Virus record (IMG/VR): IMGVR_UViG_3300036770_001423 | Coordinates: 1 to 64,000 of that record | Reading direction: 5' to 3' (one strand) | Length of the DNA stretch: 64,000 nucleotides | DNA from: a virus | In this document: piece by piece, positions 9,499-19,750 of the stretch | Layout of the letters: each line of letters opens with the position of its first letter | Numbering within the stretch: position 1 is the stretch's first letter | Position numbers and translations under genes: made by a program | Notes under the pieces: model-generated | What the model was told of the DNA's origin: nothing | Seen by the model: the letters and a program-made list of their open reading frames with translations, nothing else | The model's database searches: none

Positions 9499-9527
9499 AC
9501 ACACTTCCTTTTTCGTTGTCAATAGAA

Positions 9528-9827
9528 TTATTTAGATTGAGTTCTTTCTTTCTGTAGAGCTGTCTGTACCGCCATCTCTTTTTGAATCTCTAAGACGGCG
9601 GCGAGAACGTGTTTTAAGTCTACTTTCAACTCCTTCTGTTCAGCTCTAATTGGTTCAATAATTTCTTGTACCATTTTCTTAGCTTCCTCAGAAGTGATAA
9701 ACTCTTTGTGGGCTGTCTCTAAATCTTTAATCTTACTATCTTGTTTGTTCCAAATATAGCCGACTAAAGCAACAGCTCCAGCCCACCCCCACTGTCCAAA
9801 CTTCACCATAAATACTTCAAAACTCAC
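9528..9827 (-). CDS. Single-TM coiled-coil protein, holin/antiholin candidate
   Basis: N-terminal TM helix then coiled coil; in lysis cluster. Confidence 0.55.
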   Translation of the reverse strand: MSFEVFMVKFGQWGWAGAVALVGYIWNKQDSKIKDLETAHKEFITSEEAKKMVQEIIEPIRAEQKELKVDLKHVLAAVLEIQKEMAVQTALQKERTQSK

Positions 9828-10266
9828 CCTTAGCTCCTTTAATTACTGTTTTACCGAGATATAACCAAATCCCTTCAGGGGTGGCCTTGTAACATTTATC
9901 TAATCTGATACCCAAACATTCGGCAATGTATTCAGCACATTGATAACGCTTATCAACTGAGAGATTGAGTCGGAAAGCTAAGCCGAATACCCCGAAGTAG
10001 TCGTAACCACAACCAAGTAATGATTTAGCTGTTGTGTATACTCTGTCAGCATCAACAACAGTTACTTCGATAATTTCCCAATCACCTCTGTAACGTTTCT
10101 TGAATTCAGCAATAGGAGTTTTTACAACCCCTTTAAATGCTGCTGATTCATACACATAATCGCCAGCAACTAATCCAATGTGACTCCAGCGGCTATCAGT
10201 AACTGCTTTGATTGCGTAACTAAACGGGTTTTTTCCTTTACCGACAATCAATCTAACAGTTTGCAT
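9817..10266 (-). CDS. Permuted papain-like NlpC/P60 (YiiX/YebB-type) amidase
   Basis: SHIGL near N-terminus, YDY, and C-terminal YQCAEY catalytic Cys. Confidence 0.8.
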   Translation of the reverse strand: MQTVRLIVGKGKNPFSYAIKAVTDSRWSHIGLVAGDYVYESAAFKGVVKTPIAEFKKRYRGDWEIIEVTVVDADRVYTTAKSLLGCGYDYFGVFGLAFRLNLSVDKRYQCAEYIAECLGIRLDKCYKATPEGIWLYLGKTVIKGAKGEF

Positions 10267-10270
10267 ATTA

Positions 10271-10666
10271 TTAACTCACTGTGAACGTACAAGTTGTTGG
10301 ATTGAACGTAATACCATATTTAACAATCCAAGAAAGCTGAGCCACAATTTCTTCGGGAAATACGGGGATAGTATTGCCTCCAAAACCTGTGTGAGCTTTT
10401 AACGCAGGAGTGGCATCCGTTAAGAATTTACGTACAAAAGCTTTAGAGTCTGCTTTCGCTACAATATCAGCGTCCATTACAGAATGAATCGTTTTCCATT
10501 TAGATGATTCGCCAGTATTGAATGACCCAGCGCCTTTGGCGTTTTCTGAAACCATAACAAATCTAACATACCCGTCCGCGACGTTGTTGTCTACACCAAC
10601 AGCACATTTAAAACCATTACAGTCAAAGATGTGGTCAATACCTTGTTGTGGGAGATTACCGATCAT
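10271..10666 (-). CDS. Hypothetical protein
   Basis: ORF tightly packed in tail-fibre operon. Confidence 0.7.
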   Translation of the reverse strand: MIGNLPQQGIDHIFDCNGFKCAVGVDNNVADGYVRFVMVSENAKGAGSFNTGESSKWKTIHSVMDADIVAKADSKAFVRKFLTDATPALKAHTGFGGNTIPVFPEEIVAQLSWIVKYGITFNPTTCTFTVS

Positions 10667-10669
10667 AAT

Positions 10670-10990
10670 TTATCCTCTGAATACTTCGTGTTCTTGAATT
10701 GGTGCTGTTAATATTTGATTCTTACGTTCATCAGTGAGTAGGTTGAATACTACCAATTTCTGTAAATCTTCCGCTAAGTCTGGACGAGACAGGTCAATAT
10801 ATGTTGCAGCACTCACTTTTTGTAAGTATCTGCGTAATAGAGCTGCTTCACGAGTGTTCCCTGTAGAAGCTAAGTCAATATCAACAGCTTCATCGTCAGT
10901 AAAGCGATTGAGAAAAGCTAATTGGGTGATTTTGGTATATTGTTGTAGGCTAACTAAAGTAGCCCCTTCCGGTATTTTAAATGAGTGCAT
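10670..10990 (-). CDS. Tail-fibre-associated hypothetical protein (possible chaperone)
   Basis: ITQLAFLNRFT..IDLSRPD pattern; follows fibre genes. Confidence 0.6.
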   Translation of the reverse strand: MHSFKIPEGATLVSLQQYTKITQLAFLNRFTDDEAVDIDLASTGNTREAALLRRYLQKVSAATYIDLSRPDLAEDLQKLVVFNLLTDERKNQILTAPIQEHEVFRG

Positions 10991-10992
10991 GT

Positions 10993-11418
10993 TTAGTTAT
11001 CCAATGCTACGGCATTCATTATTAAAGTCCCTGTCCCGCCCGCCAAAGCTTTTCTCACATACAGAGTCATGCTTTGGTTACAAACCACAGGTGAACCGAT
11101 AGTAGTGAGACCGGCAGTACCAGCACAGGATATTACGGTAAAACTTTGAGGATTAAAAGCAGTGTATGTCCTGTTGATCACACTCTTACCGTCAATTGTA
11201 AGTTGTACAATTAAATCCCCCGGCGTAGTACCTAGTCCAGACAAGTTGATATAGGATATTGCGTATTTACCTGAAAGAGATATTACATTTACTCCAGTGA
11301 CTATATCCAATCCAGTAACTGTTACGCCACCTAACGAGCCGCTGTCATTAAACGGCTGCGCGGCGGCGGGAGAAATCAATCCACCATTACCGGAAGCTTT
11401 CTTTAAACTAATAGGCAT
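10993..11418 (-). CDS. Putative distal tail fibre protein
   Basis: Gly/Thr/Ser-rich beta composition; context. Confidence 0.55.
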   Translation of the reverse strand: MPISLKKASGNGGLISPAAAQPFNDSGSLGGVTVTGLDIVTGVNVISLSGKYAISYINLSGLGTTPGDLIVQLTIDGKSVINRTYTAFNPQSFTVISCAGTAGLTTIGSPVVCNQSMTLYVRKALAGGTGTLIMNAVALDN

Positions 11419-11724
11419 TTATACCTCCCATTCTACCCCATTAAATACAAAAATAATTTCAGCTTCAATATCAAAGAAAACACTAGAGTCCGTCCCCAGA
11501 CTTGTTTTAATTGACACAGTACTGCCAAAACGTTGAACTGTAGGAACAACACCTAATTTCTTTGTGAATGTTACCTTATCACCAACAGACAATGTTGCTG
11601 TGTCTGGTAACGTAATTGTTGAAGCTGTTGTGATATGATATGTCCAACCAGCAACAGTATTTGAGTTAGCGGATAATACTTTATATTTATCTCTAACTAA
11701 TGAAGCCTTACCTTGACCAGCCAT
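11419..11724 (-). CDS. Tail fibre connector-like protein
   Basis: TITLP..VGDKV..FVFNGVEW repeat, similar to the C-terminus of the upstream fibre. Confidence 0.6.
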   Translation of the reverse strand: MAGQGKASLVRDKYKVLSANSNTVAGWTYHITTASTITLPDTATLSVGDKVTFTKKLGVVPTVQRFGSTVSIKTSLGTDSSVFFDIEAEIIFVFNGVEWEV

Positions 11725-12536
11725 TAGAAATTACACTCCCATACAGCCCCTGTCCATGTAAATACAAAACGGGAATTTGTGTCTAATACAAAAGAATCAT
11801 AATCCGCCACATCAACGGCATTATTACCCACTCTAATTTGTTCCGTAGAAATGTTATTACACTGAACTGTTACTACATTACCGGATGCTTTGTATACTTC
11901 TACTTTACTACCGGCAGCTAAGCCAGAAGTGGAAGGTAATGTCTGAGTAGTGTTACTGGTAACAATATTATTCTCACCAACAATCAATGCGCCAGAAGTA
12001 GATAATACTTTAGCAAGACTAAACATCTGCTGAACAGTTCTGCCACCAGTTGTATCAATAGATGACGCTGGGTGAGCGTTAGGCTCAGTACGGAAGGTTA
12101 ACCCTCTGTGGTCAAATGCAGGAGCATCAGAATTGATTACAGTTGTCATTGTAGTGTTATCAAGTTTCACCCTGATAGTACCTACATATGTAAAACCATA
12201 TTCTGTTGTTGGTGTTTGAATTACTTGGTTATTGATTGTACCATAAGCAATCAAAGCACCAGTATTATCATAGATACCCACTTCACGTAATGTTACACCA
12301 CCAAACGTTCTTGGGATATATCCACTTACTGCAATCACTGTGGGGTCTGCGGTATCTTTAATTGGATTAGAGCAATTAACTCTAATCACTTCATTCACCA
12401 GAGATGTTCTGGTAGGGTCAACGGTAGGTAGAGAACCACTACCGTCACCAAATGCCATACTTAAAAGAGTAACAGGTGCCATCGGAGTGGCTACTAATAG
12501 TTTACTTCTTCCAGTATTTGTTAAAATTGTAGCCAT
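11724..12536 (-). CDS. Tail fibre protein with N-terminal tail-collar domain
   Basis: ILTNTG..MAFGDGSG..LVNEV..TLREVGIY baseplate-attachment domain. Confidence 0.85.
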   Translation of the reverse strand: MATILTNTGRSKLLVATPMAPVTLLSMAFGDGSGSLPTVDPTRTSLVNEVIRVNCSNPIKDTADPTVIAVSGYIPRTFGGVTLREVGIYDNTGALIAYGTINNQVIQTPTTEYGFTYVGTIRVKLDNTTMTTVINSDAPAFDHRGLTFRTEPNAHPASSIDTTGGRTVQQMFSLAKVLSTSGALIVGENNIVTSNTTQTLPSTSGLAAGSKVEVYKASGNVVTVQCNNISTEQIRVGNNAVDVADYDSFVLDTNSRFVFTWTGAVWECNF

Positions 12537-12557
12537 ATACCTATTCCAGTGATAATC

Positions 12558-14426
12558 TTATGTACCTGTTAATGTTCGCTGCTCTGCCCAGTCAGTACTT
12601 GCAACGTGATTTACGCCGTCTGTCAGTCTTACCCAACCAGTTACCACATACTGACTACCCGAAGTACCCGCAATGGCTGGCGTTGAATTGTTTACTCTGT
12701 CGCCTGCATGATAACGACCAGTAGATGGCTTGGCCGTTCCCATCTCATTCCGCCAAAAAGATGACGTTGCATTTCCTTTAAAATACGGCGTGGTGATATT
12801 GCTGAATGTGTTGTCGCGTCCGATATTGTTTCCGCCACCTGAAGCAGTGTATTCGTATATGCCGTTTTGCGCGTAACTAGACGACGACTGTTTGAACTTA
12901 TTGTTCTTAAACTCATTACCTGATGACGCACCACTTATACCAACAACTAAATATGACGCACCTAACTTACCACAATCGATAAACTCGTTTTGTTCAACCT
13001 TACAATCTATACAATCAATTAGTCGTATTGCCTGCTGCTCTAAAGATTGAAATTTATTATCTGTAACCGACATACCTATACAATTGTTCAAGCGCAAAGC
13101 AATCGTACCTGTCGCATCGCCAAAACCAACTTTATTTATCCAGTTACCAGAAATAATAAACCCTTCTGAACTATTCAGATCAGCTAGTACCCCCGTGTTG
13201 TACAGCGGCCAAGGTGTCACATGATTGGCTCTGATTGAACATTGATAAACGTTTCGCGATCCTGTACTAAACGATTGTGAAAATACTCCCGCTGTCATTC
13301 CGCAAAACTCATTACCTACAATTTCTACGTGGCGAACCTCCTGAGAACCAGATGAAGCATAATCCCCTGAGAGTCTTATTGCGTAAATAAGTCCAGTAGC
13401 TTCTTCTCTGGTGAATACGTTGTTCAATATTGCTGTGTTCCCAGAAAAATACCCGCAATCAACAGCAGCTACCCCTCCGTCTGTGGGGAAAAAATCATTG
13501 TGTTGAATAAGACTGTCCCCGCCGCGCTCAATAAAAATTCCACACGGGCCTTTAAAAACATTGTATAGATATTGAGCTACGCCATAGCCAAAATTATGTA
13601 TCCCCACACCGGTGTACCGCCAGAACCTACAACGTTCGACGTGCATGTGCATTGAGTAATTCAGATAAAGACAATCCTGTGCGAAACCTCCGCCATCAAA
13701 TGAAACACCTTCCACTTTTGAATAGAATGGTGCTATATCACTGTCTGAGCTATCGAAAACGTATGTGACCATTGCCGCCATTGCCGCACCAGCTTTTATA
13801 GTCGCCATCCCATTTGAAACGATGCTAACAGGGTTCGATTTTGCGAAATGTATATCGCTACCAGTCAGTGTGGTAGGTAAATCTGATGCACACTTAACAG
13901 TAACAGGGGTATTGATCAGATAAGTTGCACCGTCGGATAACAGCAGGTTACCACCAGTCAGTGATACCGCGTTCGCTGATGCCTGCACCGCTGGCTGGTC
14001 ATTTGCGATCCCGTCGCCAATCGCCCCCGCCATCTCCGGTGTTATGATCGTACCATCAAGCAGAACGAAAACGCCGGAGCCGGTTCCTGTCCAACCAAGC
14101 AACGCGGACAAGCCAGCTTGCGAGCCGCTCCACGCCACAATAGATTCAGGCGAGATGTGTGTAACGCCATTGTGCAACGCTTTAGACAAGTCGGTTCGGT
14201 AAATTAGTTGCCTGCCGCCTTTAGGCCGTGATGCCAGCGCGGCCCATCCGTCATAGTGAGAGGTCACATTATAAACAGTATCCGTTTGAGCATTTGCTGC
14301 CGTAGGCAGTGCTTTCAAATGCGATACGTGTGTATCAATTAAATTGTTAACTGAGGCCGCTAATTGCGGCCCAGAAGTATTTAATGGATCACCCACCACA
14401 CCAGCGTATAATTTTGTAATACTCAT
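12558..14426 (-). CDS. Tailspike 1, beta-helix depolymerase
   Basis: PEMAGAIGDGIANDQPAVQ pectin-lyase-like entry motif followed by parallel beta-helix repeats. Confidence 0.85.
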   Translation of the reverse strand: MSITKLYAGVVGDPLNTSGPQLAASVNNLIDTHVSHLKALPTAANAQTDTVYNVTSHYDGWAALASRPKGGRQLIYRTDLSKALHNGVTHISPESIVAWSGSQAGLSALLGWTGTGSGVFVLLDGTIITPEMAGAIGDGIANDQPAVQASANAVSLTGGNLLLSDGATYLINTPVTVKCASDLPTTLTGSDIHFAKSNPVSIVSNGMATIKAGAAMAAMVTYVFDSSDSDIAPFYSKVEGVSFDGGGFAQDCLYLNYSMHMHVERCRFWRYTGVGIHNFGYGVAQYLYNVFKGPCGIFIERGGDSLIQHNDFFPTDGGVAAVDCGYFSGNTAILNNVFTREEATGLIYAIRLSGDYASSGSQEVRHVEIVGNEFCGMTAGVFSQSFSTGSRNVYQCSIRANHVTPWPLYNTGVLADLNSSEGFIISGNWINKVGFGDATGTIALRLNNCIGMSVTDNKFQSLEQQAIRLIDCIDCKVEQNEFIDCGKLGASYLVVGISGASSGNEFKNNKFKQSSSSYAQNGIYEYTASGGGNNIGRDNTFSNITTPYFKGNATSSFWRNEMGTAKPSTGRYHAGDRVNNSTPAIAGTSGSQYVVTGWVRLTDGVNHVASTDWAEQRTLTGT

Positions 14427-14438
14427 TTCTTTCCTCTG

Positions 14439-15056
14439 TTATGGTTGGTACAATACTGTTTCTTCTGACAACTGCCCTGTCGAAACTAAATACCCACCAA
14501 CTATTAAATCTGTATAAACAGGGTTGCTCTCAAACATCACTTGCTGTGTGTATGCTGCACCTGTGTAAGATTGTGCGGTATCAATTTCCATTGTATTACC
14601 AAACACTAAATCTACAGCAGCAGGTACTGTTTTACGGATAGTTGTTGCCTTGGAAACATACTCTGCCCCAAGAATCTCTAACACAACAGCAGCAGGGTAT
14701 TGCTCAGAGTATTTAATTGTTGTTGCACCAGTGATTTGTTTAGCAGCAGCAATAACTTCTTCTGGTGTACCCGATGAATTGTTTATAAATACTTTAGTAA
14801 GAATAGCACTTCTATATTCTTCATCAGTTCTACTTTGACGAGCTTCCTGAACTTCCTTCCCAATAATATCTAAAGCGTAGCCATACGCTGTATCAATACC
14901 GAGAGATTCAAGCAGAGTGAAGTATTCATTCTCCACTTCCTGAATCTGTGTGTGGAATATCTCAACTACTTTCTGAATGTTAGGGCTATTTCTAAATTGA
15001 TAGAGGAGCAAAGCTTTCGCTTGCTCCACATGATTTGTTATCTTAACTGGGTACAC
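14439..15056 (-). CDS. Baseplate wedge protein (DUF2612-like)
   Basis: IDTAYGYALDIIG..TDEEYR motif; follows baseplate J. Confidence 0.8.
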   Translation of the reverse strand: MYPVKITNHVEQAKALLLYQFRNSPNIQKVVEIFHTQIQEVENEYFTLLESLGIDTAYGYALDIIGKEVQEARQSRTDEEYRSAILTKVFINNSSGTPEEVIAAAKQITGATTIKYSEQYPAAVVLEILGAEYVSKATTIRKTVPAAVDLVFGNTMEIDTAQSYTGAAYTQQVMFESNPVYTDLIVGGYLVSTGQLSEETVLYQP

Positions 15057-15061
15057 AGTGC

Positions 15062-16477
15062 TTACCCCGCAACAACAGTGATTCTACTAATGTCAAATAC
15101 GGCCTCATCCTTTCTACCAATAGTGGTAATTCCGCTAGACAATACAGGGGTATCGGTAGGGGCTAATGTCTTGCCAGCAGTGACAGCGAGATTGCTGATA
15201 CCACTCACTTTAGAGTAGATGGCACCCATGATACGCTGAGGAATTACATCTTCATTCAAACCTAATGAATCACCGTAAGCTTTCACAGCGTTAGCAATTT
15301 GTACAGCGCCATCTGACGGGAATAATTCTTCGCTGTATAATTGATATTCCACACGAACATGAATATACTGATCAACAGGGCGAGAATAGAAGATTGTTTG
15401 TGTTTGGTTCTGCGAGTCAACAATGTTTGTGGAGGTATTACCAAAAGGTTCGATACCCGCAGGTTTGGTATTCCACACTGTAGTAGCTACCGCTAAATCA
15501 CTACCACCTTTAACAGTACATTCAATACTCTTAGCTGGTAAGCCATTTGAGTTTGTTGTGTTCGTCCAGTTTTCTTCTACTACTGCACTGACTACACCTT
15601 CAGTAGAGGACAGTGCTGCAAAGATAGCATTTACTGTAGCCTTACCTTGACCACCAACAGAGCCGTAGAAACGACTACGAAGTTCAGCATCGGTTTCTTC
15701 GGCCCTACCTGTAACCCACTTCTGGCTATTTGTCACGGTGATAGAAGGTGCTGTGTTGACCAGATAATTCAGAGTGTTGGCTTCATAATCTTCGGTATTA
15801 GCAATTAACGCTTCAGAAGCAACAGAGTTTGTTACATTGAAGATAGCCAAGTTCGTTGACACTGACACAGAAAAATCTGATTGACTTGTTAATTGTAGTC
15901 GGTTAGAATTATTACTAACGACAATGTTGGTCAGTGAAGATAATGCTGTTTGGAACAAAGAAATGATTTCAGCTGCTGTTGCTGTAGCGTCGGAGATGAC
16001 AGAGTAAACTACGCCATTGACGGATAAAGAATATGTGAAGTTATTAGCCACTGTGATGTTGATGTTCACAGCTTTAAGTGCAGCACTGTTCAATGTCAGT
16101 TGAGTTAATGTCTGAACAACATTACCGGCTAAATCTTTTACTTGTGTACCTGAGTTAATGTTAGCACCTAACGTGCCAGTGAACTCTAATGTACCATAAG
16201 CTTTCACAGCTTGTAAGCGAGTCATTCTTGCTCTGCGAACAATACGCTCTAATGCAACACCTGTAGCTGTATCAGGATCACCAGCACTCCATTGTGCTGC
16301 GGCTAACTCATAAAGCTCTGATACTTTCAAGCACCAGATTCTATTTAAAATACCAATGAGTGAGTCATCACTCATGTCAAAATTAGGATTACCTGTTGCT
16401 GTAATGAAATCACTTTGCACTTCTGCTATGATGTCTTGATAACGCTTCAGGTCATACCCAGTTGTTGTAATTGACAA
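15062..16477 (-). CDS. Baseplate J-like protein
   Basis: DPDTATGVAL, GRAEETDAELRSR, VKGGSD..KPAGI motifs. Confidence 0.9.
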   Translation of the reverse strand: MSITTTGYDLKRYQDIIAEVQSDFITATGNPNFDMSDDSLIGILNRIWCLKVSELYELAAAQWSAGDPDTATGVALERIVRRARMTRLQAVKAYGTLEFTGTLGANINSGTQVKDLAGNVVQTLTQLTLNSAALKAVNINITVANNFTYSLSVNGVVYSVISDATATAAEIISLFQTALSSLTNIVVSNNSNRLQLTSQSDFSVSVSTNLAIFNVTNSVASEALIANTEDYEANTLNYLVNTAPSITVTNSQKWVTGRAEETDAELRSRFYGSVGGQGKATVNAIFAALSSTEGVVSAVVEENWTNTTNSNGLPAKSIECTVKGGSDLAVATTVWNTKPAGIEPFGNTSTNIVDSQNQTQTIFYSRPVDQYIHVRVEYQLYSEELFPSDGAVQIANAVKAYGDSLGLNEDVIPQRIMGAIYSKVSGISNLAVTAGKTLAPTDTPVLSSGITTIGRKDEAVFDISRITVVAG

Positions 16478-16487
16478 TTTCTTATCC

Positions 16488-16847
16488 TCACAGTAATTCT
16501 ATTGGCTGGATATTGAATTGGAATGTAACACCCTCGTCTGTGGTTGCTACAAAAGAAGCTGTATATACACCAGTGCTATCCAGAATAGATTCATAAGCAT
16601 CAAGTGTCAGGACACCAACAGTGTCTGTGATTTCATCAATGAATATTGTATCAACTACTTCTTTCTGTGTCTTACCCAGAACAGTTCCGAAGTAATCAAT
16701 ACCAAGTGTTGTATCTTTGAAGTATTCACCACGATAACGCAATAGACGGATCTTAATCTTCTGAGCAATGCTTTGTGCATTATCAGTTGTTAATACAAAG
16801 TCATTCCAGTCTATATCGTGTGCTGATGTTAATTTAATGTCTGCCAT
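16488..16847 (-). CDS. Baseplate wedge / sheath initiator protein
   Basis: IAQKIKIRL..GEYFKDTTLGIDY motif; context. Confidence 0.75.
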   Translation of the reverse strand: MADIKLTSAHDIDWNDFVLTTDNAQSIAQKIKIRLLRYRGEYFKDTTLGIDYFGTVLGKTQKEVVDTIFIDEITDTVGVLTLDAYESILDSTGVYTASFVATTDEGVTFQFNIQPIELL

Positions 16848-16856
16848 TATAGACCC

Positions 16857-17048
16857 TTAGATGATGGGCCATTGCCCTGCTGAGCTACCAGAACCTACTA
16901 CAGTCTTGGCATTATCTTTGATGTGATTAACAATAGCTGCGGCTAAAGCGTCAATGACGGAATCATTTGTGATTTCCCCATTATCAATATCAATAGCATT
17001 TACCGCGGATTTGATTGCAGCAGCAAGAGATGAAGCACTCATTGCCAT
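16857..17048 (-). CDS. Small baseplate-associated protein
   Basis: 63 aa downstream of spike gene, SD AGGAG. Confidence 0.65.
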   Translation of the reverse strand: MAMSASSLAAAIKSAVNAIDIDNGEITNDSVIDALAAAIVNHIKDNAKTVVGSGSSAGQWPII

Positions 17049-17063
17049 TCTAATTCTCCTAAT

Positions 17064-17092
17064 ATATTAAAGCCATTGGCTTATTTTGTCAA
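17064..17092 (-). promoter_or_regulatory. sigma70-like promoter inside the tail module
   Basis: TTGACA-17 nt-TAATAT on the minus strand. Confidence 0.65.
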
Positions 17093-17095
17093 CAG

Positions 17096-17740
17096 CTATT
17101 TTTTAAATGTGTCAAGCTTGGCTTTGAGTTGCATTATCTGCGCCTTACTATTCAGCGGCGTAGGGCCGTATATTGTTGATACAGTCGTATTTGCTATCGT
17201 ATTAACAATATCACTCAACAAAGCAATCAGTTCTTCTTGGTCATTATACACTGAATATTTGGACTTCGTATGTATCTCTACATTACCGTCTTCTTTAAGG
17301 ACTAATTTATTATCCTTGAATTTCAGAACAACATCTTTCGGGTCTGGCTGTAAATGACTATTCTTTGTATACAATCCGACAATAGCAACAGCGTCACTCA
17401 TATCGTGCATACGTTGGGTTGGTTCTGTAACAGAGCTACCACCACCCTCCAACCATTCTTCAATGTTACGCATTGAGAATTCAAGCCAAACTGTATCACC
17501 AACTTGAATTGGAAATGATAACAACCCTCCTCCAGCAGAAGGGTTAATCACAGGAACATTGAATATCTCAGGACACTCACTCACTTGTCCATCAGAATGC
17601 TGCATATCAATTGTAGGACGAACAGAAATAATATTCTTACTTTCGTATTCAGAATTATCAGTTACAATAGCTGGAAGTCCAGTGAAGATTTGTGACTGCA
17701 ATGATTCCAAATGACTTTTCATAAAAGCTTTTAAGCTCAT
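17096..17740 (-). CDS. Baseplate central spike (Gp138-like)
   Basis: NVPV.FP..GD..L.FS.R.I..W..RMHDMSDAVAIVG motif. Confidence 0.85.
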   Translation of the reverse strand: MSLKAFMKSHLESLQSQIFTGLPAIVTDNSEYESKNIISVRPTIDMQHSDGQVSECPEIFNVPVINPSAGGGLLSFPIQVGDTVWLEFSMRNIEEWLEGGGSSVTEPTQRMHDMSDAVAIVGLYTKNSHLQPDPKDVVLKFKDNKLVLKEDGNVEIHTKSKYSVYNDQEELIALLSDIVNTIANTTVSTIYGPTPLNSKAQIMQLKAKLDTFKK

Positions 17741-18798
17741 GCTATCTCCAACACTATTTCACTATCCCAACCACCGCCATCTAAATAAGACAATCGTGTA
17801 TCAACTGAAATTACTTTATACAAACCTTTGTATTGACCTTGAGTGATTCTGATAAGTTGACCTATCTTAATACGATGGTCTAAGAATGTCACCAACTTGA
17901 ATCGTGCAGGCGTTTCAACTGAAGGAACCTCTTGCTTTGATTCTTGTTCTGGTTCCATTGACTTCATCAGGTCAGCATTAATGTCATACTGCACAGTGAA
18001 TTTATTGAATGTACGAGGATGAATGTACAACTCGTTTAATGTGATGTACCAAGAATAATTAAATTGCTCACATACTTTATCTAACAACTGAGAAGACAAT
18101 CCTTGGAAACTATAACCACCCTTAGCCACAGTTTCTGCTGGAGATGGTAACGAATCTAAGTTCTTAGCTTTTGTTTCCAGAAAGCCAGTGGCAATCCCTT
18201 GCTCTTTCATTGCGCCAGCAATATCCGTAAGGATTTGAGAATACTTTGTATTTGGAGGCCAAGCAAAAGATACTCTCGAAGTCTTTAATTGAACGTTACT
18301 ATCTACACACTGTATCTCAGTGACAATATCCGTACCTTGCTTTCTACTGAAAGCTCTTTGAGATGTTCCAGTGAACACGATACCAACATCATCACCATAC
18401 CCAGCTTCAAGGATTACGTAAGCATTCTTTCTTTCAAGTTTAGCTCTTGTTTCTTTTGAAGCGTTAAACACTCTGATAACTGATGTAGCTACATCACCTT
18501 CTTTAGCTGCGCTGTTAATCTCAGCAGTCATGTGTAAGTTGGTGATCATTACGCTATCACCACCGGAGGTGGTTTTGGTCTGATTGGTAGTACCTGCTAA
18601 AACGCTCTCAGATTGATTTTGAGAGGTTTTAACTGATGGGATAGATGTTTGTATACCCTGCAAGGAAGAATCGACTGGAGGAACGCTCCAAGCGCTATAA
18701 TAGCCTTGTTTAATATTCGCTGGTGCAGACCCACCCGTATACGTAACTTTCTGTTCAATTACACTTAATCGGTAACTGCGGTCAAACACCAGTGACAT
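17737..18798 (-). CDS. Baseplate hub protein
   Basis: IRVFN..LEAGY..GTDIVTEI motifs; context. Confidence 0.8.
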   Translation of the reverse strand: MSLVFDRSYRLSVIEQKVTYTGGSAPANIKQGYYSAWSVPPVDSSLQGIQTSIPSVKTSQNQSESVLAGTTNQTKTTSGGDSVMITNLHMTAEINSAAKEGDVATSVIRVFNASKETRAKLERKNAYVILEAGYGDDVGIVFTGTSQRAFSRKQGTDIVTEIQCVDSNVQLKTSRVSFAWPPNTKYSQILTDIAGAMKEQGIATGFLETKAKNLDSLPSPAETVAKGGYSFQGLSSQLLDKVCEQFNYSWYITLNELYIHPRTFNKFTVQYDINADLMKSMEPEQESKQEVPSVETPARFKLVTFLDHRIKIGQLIRITQGQYKGLYKVISVDTRLSYLDGGGWDSEIVLEIA

Positions 18799-19133
18799 TA
18801 GAACACTCCTGCTTCTTCTGCGTTAGTGAGATAAACAAACTCATACTTCAAACCCTGTCCAAAGTTATTACGTCCAAGGTCTTCAACACTGTCTGTGTTA
18901 TTCACAATATAGATATTACCACCCAAAGGGTTGTTAGGTAATTGTTTTGTAGCACATACACCGAAACAAAGCTTCACTCCATCCATTAACACATTCTTAT
19001 TAACATCCAGTAAACTGAAATACCAAGAAGCTTCTCTTGTATTCCACTTCATTACGGAATAGAATATCTGATTGTTTAAGCTGATACGAGTTTCCGAATA
19101 AGCATCTGTTGGAACAAATATAGATAAAGCCAT
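18798..19133 (-). CDS. Baseplate plug / virion protein
   Basis: WN.R..SWY.SL motif; context. Confidence 0.65.
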   Translation of the reverse strand: MALSIFVPTDAYSETRISLNNQIFYSVMKWNTREASWYFSLLDVNKNVLMDGVKLCFGVCATKQLPNNPLGGNIYIVNNTDSVEDLGRNNFGQGLKYEFVYLTNAEEAGVF

Positions 19134-19750
19134 TATTTCGCCCCCGTGATAGCATCGAAGTCAGGTTCTTCGATGGCGTTACCTGTCAGATAATTATACC
19201 CTGCCCTTCCCGCTGTATATTCAATGCCGGATTTACTACCGTTATCTTTCTTGCCCGATAAACCATCTTTTGTTGAAGCTGATGCGTTATCTGTACTGTC
19301 AGTTGTCTCTCCAGCTACTTGAACTAAAGAAGCTTTAGCTTTATCAACAATCTTGATTTGTTCAATTGACATACTAATACGCCAACTACCAAGACCTTCA
19401 ACAACACCTTTCTGTCCACTGAAGTCTGTGAACAAACAATTCTTATATGGAGACAAACGGTTGTCTAAGAACACAGTAAATAGTTCACGAGATTTACGTA
19501 GTGTATCCAATCCTTGGATATAATCCTTGATACCTTTCTGTGGAGAGTTCTTAGTAAGATTGACGACTTCAGTTATTACGCCAGATAATGTAAACGTAGA
19601 ATTTTCAACAACAGAGTGGTCTGTAACAGAAGCCCCCGACTCAACGGGGAACTTCGTATTAGTGTTTCTGTGTTGAAACCCTACATCAGTAGTGGCGGTT
19701 AGTTCAAAGACATCGCCAGCTTTTGTCTTGATGTAGAATACAGCCATCAT
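19133..19750 (-). CDS. Tail tube initiator (Dit-like)
   Basis: TKFPVESGASVTDH motif directly after tape measure. Confidence 0.8.
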   Translation of the reverse strand: MMAVFYIKTKAGDVFELTATTDVGFQHRNTNTKFPVESGASVTDHSVVENSTFTLSGVITEVVNLTKNSPQKGIKDYIQGLDTLRKSRELFTVFLDNRLSPYKNCLFTDFSGQKGVVEGLGSWRISMSIEQIKIVDKAKASLVQVAGETTDSTDNASASTKDGLSGKKDNGSKSGIEYTAGRAGYNYLTGNAIEEPDFDAITGAK

